Shown piece by piece: positions 58,238-64,000 of a stretch of DNA of 64,000 nt. Where the stretch lies: NCBI GenBank assembly GCA_023129115.1, contig JAGMCR010000002.1:32001-96000 (forward strand), given 5' to 3'. The notes beneath the pieces are model-generated. The model did no database searches. It worked only from the letters and a program-made list of their open reading frames with translations, and had not been told where the DNA came from. The DNA comes from Candidatus Iainarchaeum sp. GTDB taxonomy: Archaea > B1Sed10-29 > WALL01. Position 1 is the first letter of the stretch, and every line of letters begins with the position of its first letter. The translations under genes and the position numbers were made by a program.

Positions 58238-58462
58238 CAGCGCTTTCTGTTGTTTCAACTGTGTATGGACCTTAGTTCTCACGCTTCATTTCCGCGGAAC
58301 TTCCTAGCCGCAGGATTTATAGCCGTACGAGCTGTTCCCTCCCGAGGCTCTCAGACCACGTCAAGGAGCCCCCGCTCAATTCCGCACCGGTTTACATGCC
58401 TGTTTATAAAGGTTTACGATATATCGTACACCTTTATATAATAGTTCAAACACCGATTAAGC

Positions 58463-59653
58463 ATGGAGCTAGGACTCTGGAAGGTTGTGGAGCAATGGAA
58501 TTACTGGAAGGAAAAGCCAGAAACCGGTATTCCCAGGGACGTGACCGCAGAGGCAATGGAGTTCTTTAAAGGCAGCGAAGCGCTTTATTTTTTTGGCCCG
58601 CGGCGAGCCGGGAAAACATTTGTTTGCATGCAGCTGCTGTCAAAGCTGTCAAAGAAGCACGGGAAGAAATCTTGCTTGTACGTGAACTTTGAGGAGCCTG
58701 CTCTTGCCGGGAACCTGCGCACGGAATTCATAGAAGAAATCGTTGTAGAATTCAAAAAAGTGCATGGGAAGTGGCCTCGCTTCGTTTTCCTTGACGAAGT
58801 CCAGAACGTTAAAGGCTGGGAGCGCTGGGTCCGCGGAGCAGTGGACAGGAAACGGTTCAAGGTTTTTGTCACTGGATCTTCTGCGAAACTCTTGAGTTCA
58901 GAGTTCTCCACTTCTCTTGGGGGGAGGGGGATAGGCTTTCTGGTATTGCCGTTTTCCTTTAGCGAGTTTAGGCGTGCAAAACCAAAAGCGGGGCTCAAGG
59001 AGTACCTTGAGATTGGGGGCTATCCAGCGGTTGTACTGGAAAAAAACGAGCGCAAGCGCAGGAGGATGCTGGAAGAGTATTTTGACACTGCCATCATGAG
59101 GGATATAGTGGCTAGGCACGACGTGAGAGACGTGCCAACATTAAGAACGCTTGCCGTTTACTTACTGACAAATTCTGGAAAGCGCTTCAGCTACAATAAG
59201 CTTCGGGCAATGACACATCTCTCTTTTGACGCGCTTAGGCAGTACCTGTCATATCTTGAGGACGCATTAGTGGTTTTCCAAGTACCGTATTTTTCGTACT
59301 CCATGAAAAAAGCGCTTGAAAAGCCCCGCAAGTACTATGCTTATGACCTTGGGCTGCAGGGAGCTGTATCAAAGTCGTTTAGTCCGGACTGGGGAAGAAA
59401 AGCCGAGAACGCGGTTGCAATAGAGCTGGTTCGGCGAAGAAAAGAAATTCAATACTACTCAAACAAGTTTGAAGTCGATTTCATAATAAAAGAAGGAACA
59501 AAGATAAAGCCGGTAAATGTCTGCTACTCAGAGAAACCACCGCAAAGGGAAACAAAAAGCCTTGAAGAGTTTTCCAAAAAACACAAGTCAGAACCCCCTC
59601 TGTTGCTTTGCGGGAAGGATAACATCTTGAAGTGGCTGAAAACAAACCAATGA
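58463..59653 (+). CDS. AAA+ ATPase (AAA_14 + DUF4143 type)
   Basis: GPRRAGKT, FLDEVQ, VTGSS, GGYP, KYYAYDLG, EVDF. Confidence 0.92.
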   Translation: MELGLWKVVEQWNYWKEKPETGIPRDVTAEAMEFFKGSEALYFFGPRRAGKTFVCMQLLSKLSKKHGKKSCLYVNFEEPALAGNLRTEFIEEIVVEFKKVHGKWPRFVFLDEVQNVKGWERWVRGAVDRKRFKVFVTGSSAKLLSSEFSTSLGGRGIGFLVLPFSFSEFRRAKPKAGLKEYLEIGGYPAVVLEKNERKRRRMLEEYFDTAIMRDIVARHDVRDVPTLRTLAVYLLTNSGKRFSYNKLRAMTHLSFDALRQYLSYLEDALVVFQVPYFSYSMKKALEKPRKYYAYDLGLQGAVSKSFSPDWGRKAENAVAIELVRRRKEIQYYSNKFEVDFIIKEGTKIKPVNVCYSEKPPQRETKSLEEFSKKHKSEPPLLLCGKDNILKWLKTNQ

Positions 59654-59695
59654 AAAAATGCTCCTTGACGTGGCCAAGCCGCCCTCCCGGGGCTC

Positions 59696-59722
59696 AGCGT
59701 CCTGGGGGGCGCAGCCCCCCCA
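59696..59722 (+). repeat. 5' fragment of the structured element serving as the left end of the DNase cassette
   Basis: AGCGTCCTGGGGGGCGCAGCCCCCC directly after the core. Confidence 0.85.
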
Positions 59723-59776
59723 CTGGGCGGTTCGGCACGCGCGGGGTTTATTAACCTTCTTTTCGTTGGCTGTGCA

Positions 59777-60607
59777 ATGAAGCGCGTTGCCCTGCCCATA
59801 CTGCTGCTCTTGCTTGTTGGCTGCATTGGCACGCCTTCTCCACCAGCCGGCCAGTGCTCTGGCCCCACTGTCTCAATCGCGACGTTCAACATACAAGTCT
59901 TCGGGCAAGCAAAAATGGGCGACCCGGAAGCCGTGGACTCGCTCGTGGGCATAGCCACACGGTTTGACATCGTCGCCATCCAAGAGGTCCGCGACGCAAG
60001 CGAGACCACTGTCCCGCGCTTCGTCAGCGAAATCAACTCACGCAACCACTCCTACGCGTACGTAATAAGCGAGCGGCTCGGCTCCACGTCGTCAAAAGAG
60101 CAGTACGCCTTTGTCTACAACACAGAAACAATCTCGTTCGAAAACTTTTCGTACCTCGTCAACGACACCGTGTTCGAGCGCCCGCCGTTCGTCGCAAAGT
60201 TCAGGGCAGGAGAGTTTGATTTTTTCCTCGTGAACACGCACGTGAAGCCGGAGAAGGGGCGCACCGCCAGCGAGATAAAAGCGCTTGCCGGCGCGGTCAC
60301 TGAAGACGAGGACTACATAATCCTGGGCGACTTCAATGCCGACTGCTCTTACCTCGACGAAAAAACGCTTTCCTCCCTCTTGCCCGGGCTGGACATAATC
60401 GTTTCCAACGAAGACGATACCACAGTGGGCGCGTCCGACTGCACGTACGACAGGATAGCCATCACGCCACGAACGCGTGAGGACTACTCAAGCTACGGAG
60501 TGTACTTGTTCGACAAAGAGCTTGGGCTGGACAGCACGCAAGCAAAAAGCGTGTCAGACCATTACCCCGTGTACGCAGAGTTTTACATTTCGTGCGACAC
60601 CGATTGA
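59777..60607 (+). CDS. DNase I-like (EEP) extracellular lipoprotein nuclease
   Basis: LVGC lipobox-like motif, TFNIQVFG, IQEVRD, KEQY, LGDFNADC, YDRI, SDHYPV. Confidence 0.92.
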   Translation: MKRVALPILLLLLVGCIGTPSPPAGQCSGPTVSIATFNIQVFGQAKMGDPEAVDSLVGIATRFDIVAIQEVRDASETTVPRFVSEINSRNHSYAYVISERLGSTSSKEQYAFVYNTETISFENFSYLVNDTVFERPPFVAKFRAGEFDFFLVNTHVKPEKGRTASEIKALAGAVTEDEDYIILGDFNADCSYLDEKTLSSLLPGLDIIVSNEDDTTVGASDCTYDRIAITPRTREDYSSYGVYLFDKELGLDSTQAKSVSDHYPVYAEFYISCDTD

Positions 60608-60646
60608 TGGGCTCCAAGAAGTGAATCCCTCCCAAGGCTCCATCTC

Positions 60647-60837
60647 AGCGTCCTTAGGGGGAGCGCAGCTCCCCCTGGCCCAGACGAACAACAACCGAAC
60701 ATCCTGTGGGGGATGTCCGGTATCCTGCGGGATGTACGTCATACCCTGGGAAGCCTCACCCCCTCAGTAATCCTGTACTAATCTGTCTCTTGGGGCCTTG
60801 TGCCCCAAAGCCTAACGTGCCAGCTGAGTTTCAGCTG
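60647..60837 (+). repeat. Structured non-coding element, third full copy
   Basis: AGCGTCC...GGGGGAGC-GCA-GCTCCCCC...CCCTCAGTAATCCTGTACTA...TTGGGGC-CTTGT-GCCCCAA...CTAACGTGC CAGCTGA-GTT-TCAGCTG. Confidence 0.88.
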
Positions 60838-60944
60838 AATCCCTCCCGAGGCTCTCATTCTATGGTAGTAGAGCCTGCGCCAAAGTGTCTTGCAAGTTGA
60901 TTAGCAGCAAAAGCCTGACACAATTTTCCGAGCTTGGAACACTT

Positions 60945-62864
60945 CTATTTGGAGTCTCCTAGCACTTGGTGGTAAAAGTTGGACTCCCGGGCCAGTGCAT
61001 CCACTTCGTTTTTCTTGACCCTAAAGCCGTGTGTTTCGCCTTCGTATTCCACGTATTCGTGCCTCACTCCTTTTTCTTCCAGTGCCCGAACCACTTCCCT
61101 GGAGCACTCGGGGGTGACAACCTTGTCATCACTACCCTGGAAAAGAATCATGGGGTTTTTCAACGCTTCCAAGTGATAAATGGGAGAACGGTCTTTGAAC
61201 ACCTCTCTTCCCTTGGAAAGTGTTGTTCCCACCAGGTTTTCAATGTACCGTGACTCGAATTTGTGAATTTGTTCTTCTAAAGTGATTAGGTTGCCGATGC
61301 CGTAGTAACTAGCTCCCACTGCAAACAAGTCAGGATACTGGGTCATCATCCTTTGCACTAGGTACCCTCCTGCACTCCCTCCCCTGATGGCAACCCTGGA
61401 CCCATCTACTTGTCCCTTTTTTATCAAGTGCTTCACGGCGTTGGCCACGTCCTCGGCGTCAACCACGCCCCAGGAGGATGGGAGCTTGTCCCTGTACTTC
61501 CTGCCGTAGCCCGTGCTTCCCCGGTAGTCCACGTCCACCACGGCAAAGCCGGACGAAGTCCAGAATTGCGTGACAAAGGAAAACGAGGCGTGGGTATTGC
61601 TCGTGGGGCCTCCATGCGCCACTACCAACAACGGCGGTTTTTCTCCCTCCATGGGCAGGTATCCGCTGTTTTTAGGGGGGTAAAAAAAGGCGTGTGCCTG
61701 TTCTCCGCCTCCAGTGGAGTAAGTTATGAACTGGGGGAGGGAAACGTCTTCCGGCTTCATTTCCAGCGAAGAACCCTCCCTTAACACATCCAGCTTCTTG
61801 GACTCCATGCCAAAGGCGTACACGCTGGCAACGCTGGTACTGCTGGCCCCAACGAAAAATATGCTGCCTTCCTTGTCTGTTTTCAGGTGGTGGTACGTGT
61901 TCAGACCTGTTTCCACGCGTGACACAGATTTGTCTTCAGGGTCAACAAATACCAAGTGCTCTGTTCCTTCTTTGGTCATCACGGCTACTATCCTGCCGTC
62001 GGGAAGGAAGTCGTAAGTGCTCTGCCCGAAGGCCCACAACGGCCTGCCGAACTCGGCTTGTTCACAGGTAATCCTATTCACTTCGCCGTCCCAAGCGTAC
62101 AGGTTCCACCAATTCTCAGGCGAAAAAGGGTCTTCCGCCACCCTGTCCTTGGCATAATACAGCTTGTCCTCTTGGTTGAAGCGGGGCAGGCAAATAGCGC
62201 AGTCTTTCCCCCCCTCCACTTTTTTTACGTCACGGACGCTGTCCTTCCTCCACTTGCCCATCATTAACTCCGTGCCATCCCACGGCATGTTGGGATGGTT
62301 CCACTGGAGCCACGCCACGTATTTTCCCGAAGGCGAAAAGACAGGACTAGCATAGAAATCGCTGCCCCGGGCAACGATGCGGGGCTCCACCGCTTTTTCA
62401 GAACGCGCGTCCAGCACGGCTAGAAGATTCTCGTTTTCCTTGTCTCCGCACTCTTTTTCGTAGACAAACAAAAGGCTTTTTCCGTCAGGGCTTACTGTGA
62501 GCGAGGCATACTTACCCAAGGACCCGTCTTTGTTTGTTGGGGGGGTGAGGGGCCTGGCTGCAGAAGAGCTTGGGGGTTGATGGTAAATGCGTTGGTCCTG
62601 GAAGTTGGAGAAGTAAACATTCCCCCCAAAAACCGCGTACGCTCCTCCACCGTACTCGTGAACCCTGTTCCTGGCGCTGAAACCAGGGGGGGTGACGTCC
62701 CCCCTGTTTTTGGAGACTACTACGCAACGCCCGCCTTCGGCCGGCCGCATTTCCAGCCAGTAGGCGTCACTGCCGTCGGTTTGAATCTCGCTCAGTCTGA
62801 CCACGTCAGAAAATACTTGCTGGGGGGAAATGGCGGACTGCCATTGAAGAAACGGTTTTTGCAT
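60945..62864 (-). CDS. S9 prolyl oligopeptidase-family peptidase
   Basis: HGGP, DYRGSTGYG, GGSAGG, QGSDD, ETHGF. Confidence 0.93.
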   Translation of the reverse strand: MQKPFLQWQSAISPQQVFSDVVRLSEIQTDGSDAYWLEMRPAEGGRCVVVSKNRGDVTPPGFSARNRVHEYGGGAYAVFGGNVYFSNFQDQRIYHQPPSSSAARPLTPPTNKDGSLGKYASLTVSPDGKSLLFVYEKECGDKENENLLAVLDARSEKAVEPRIVARGSDFYASPVFSPSGKYVAWLQWNHPNMPWDGTELMMGKWRKDSVRDVKKVEGGKDCAICLPRFNQEDKLYYAKDRVAEDPFSPENWWNLYAWDGEVNRITCEQAEFGRPLWAFGQSTYDFLPDGRIVAVMTKEGTEHLVFVDPEDKSVSRVETGLNTYHHLKTDKEGSIFFVGASSTSVASVYAFGMESKKLDVLREGSSLEMKPEDVSLPQFITYSTGGGEQAHAFFYPPKNSGYLPMEGEKPPLLVVAHGGPTSNTHASFSFVTQFWTSSGFAVVDVDYRGSTGYGRKYRDKLPSSWGVVDAEDVANAVKHLIKKGQVDGSRVAIRGGSAGGYLVQRMMTQYPDLFAVGASYYGIGNLITLEEQIHKFESRYIENLVGTTLSKGREVFKDRSPIYHLEALKNPMILFQGSDDKVVTPECSREVVRALEEKGVRHEYVEYEGETHGFRVKKNEVDALARESNFYHQVLGDSK

Positions 62865-63060
62865 TTTTCTCACCGGTATACTACATCCCTCGAAAACACA
62901 TTTATAATTTAGTCTTCCGGAATATAATGGTGGGGTACTCCTTAGCCTAGCCAAGCAGCCCTCCCGAGGCTTCTATCTATTAACGCCTCAAAAAAGCCAT
63001 AAATCCTAACCGCACGCCACTGTTCTTATCATCTTTGTGCCCTCGTGCTAGACATTACCC

Positions 63061-63945
63061 CTATCCACACTGTACCTTCCGCTCGTCGTATCCCATAGCG
63101 ACCCCATCAACAAAGATGCTGGCGTCTACGTGCATTGTTTTGAAAGCTGAAGTAATGATGTACATGACCGGAGTTGTGTGGGTCCAAGAAGTGGTTTCTG
63201 CATCGCCTTTGTTGCGGATGCAGCGTTCCACGCCATACTCGCTTGTGACTGTCCATGCGCCACAGTCCACAGCATCCTCGGGCCACACATATGGGGGCGT
63301 AAGGCTGCTGCCAACCGGCCCGGTCGCAGTCCCTGCAGAAGTTATCTGTATGTCGGCCCAGCCATATTTATCCTCGTTGGTAAAGGTGCACGTCAGGGAG
63401 GTGACCTTTACGTCGGCTGTTACATCCAGGATTGCTGTTGGAGTAGGGGTTGGTGTTGGAGTGGAAGTTGGCGTTGCTGTTGGAGTGGGAGTCGGTTCTT
63501 TTTCAGGCTTCACTATTACAGTAGTGCTCTGGCATTTTTCTGTTGTGCCGTCATTGGCGCATACTCCGAACGTGTAGGTTCCCTCAGTTATCGGCGTGCC
63601 CCTCAAGAGCCCGTTGAGCTCCAGCGCCATCCCAGTCGGCACGAAACCTGCGCCGAATTCAACAGTGAAGAAATACGGCGGATTGCCTCCAATGGGGTTT
63701 GTCGTCTCTCCTGCAAGCCCCCCGCATGTCGCGCCGGACCTTGCAGAGTCTGGCTCACAGAAAGGGTGTGGGGGATAAGGAACGCCGGCTCTGGCATCAG
63801 GAAGCTTGGGAAGCACGGTGAACGTGAGCTCTTCCTCCGGAATCTCCTCGCCGGATTGGGTGCAGCCGCTGGTAAGGACTAACCCGAACACAAGTAGTGC
63901 CCCAAAAAGCACGAACAGCGCTGGATTCTTGCCCATAGCCCCCAT
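63061..63945 (-). CDS. Secreted or lipoprotein with a putative Ig domain and PT-rich linker
   Basis: TSGC lipobox-like motif, GGNPPYFF...PTGMAL...GTP...GTYTF, PTPTPT linker. Confidence 0.8.
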   Translation of the reverse strand: MGAMGKNPALFVLFGALLVFGLVLTSGCTQSGEEIPEEELTFTVLPKLPDARAGVPYPPHPFCEPDSARSGATCGGLAGETTNPIGGNPPYFFTVEFGAGFVPTGMALELNGLLRGTPITEGTYTFGVCANDGTTEKCQSTTVIVKPEKEPTPTPTATPTSTPTPTPTPTAILDVTADVKVTSLTCTFTNEDKYGWADIQITSAGTATGPVGSSLTPPYVWPEDAVDCGAWTVTSEYGVERCIRNKGDAETTSWTHTTPVMYIITSAFKTMHVDASIFVDGVAMGYDERKVQCG

Positions 63946-64000
63946 TAATGCACTGCCGCATTATAAACCTTCCCCAAGCTTTTCAACCGAACAAACCGCA

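Larger units (their letters stand above)
42932..64000 (+). mobile_element. tRNA-Thr-anchored cassette array / tandem integration island
   Basis: Core CCCTCCCGAGGCTC or variant at 42932, 45539, 46271, 51599, 52482, 52650, 52832, 56954 (degenerate), 58066, 58337, 59682, 60627, 60841 and 62959. All copies are in the same orientation and outside cargo genes. Integrase inside; right boundary not seen. Confidence 0.9.

Noticed and set aside
42932-62971. CRISPR array
   Set aside because: The repeats are only ~14 bp and tRNA-derived, the spacing is irregular (0.15-5.3 kb), and no cas genes are present.
42932-62971. Classical integron (IntI/attC)
   Set aside because: I see no IntI-specific insertion in the recombinase and no RYYYAAC...GTTRRRY boxes. 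Cargo lies in both orientations and often has its own promoter.
42932-62971. Casposon-type tandem insertion (14-bp target duplication at a tRNA plus TIRs)
   Set aside because: The geometry is reminiscent, but there is no Cas1-like or PolB gene in the window, the inverted repeats are subterminal, and a tyrosine integrase is present. Not fully excluded without a genome-wide search.

Overview
This is an archaeal chromosomal window, most consistent with a DPANN-type lineage (aIF5A, LSm, form III RuBisCO, class III signal-peptide proteins, NreA, XPD, BRE/TATA promoters). A GC-rich housekeeping core (~8.4-42.9 kb) is flanked by two accessory regions, each starting exactly at a tRNA 3' end. Downstream of tRNA-Thr(CGT) (42872-42944), the ~14-bp core CCCTCCCGAGGCTC recurs 13 more times up to 62971. 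These copies divide at least 21 kb into cassettes of 0.15-5.3 kb. Most cassettes are bounded by one of three families of subterminal inverted ends, which would fold into a hairpin around the core if the cassette were circularised. Cargo includes one tyrosine integrase with a C-terminal Zn ribbon, a decayed HicBA pair, nucleases, proteases, a carotenoid-like modification operon, a TFB-like fragment, an ncRNA-only cassette, and ORF-less structured elements with compensatory base changes. A smaller array rich in toxin-antitoxin genes runs leftward from tRNA-Ser(TGA) (8155-8239) and shares end motifs and the structured element. The best candidate novel system is this tRNA-anchored, integron-like cassette array. 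All calls come from reading the sequence and recognising motifs; no database searches were run.
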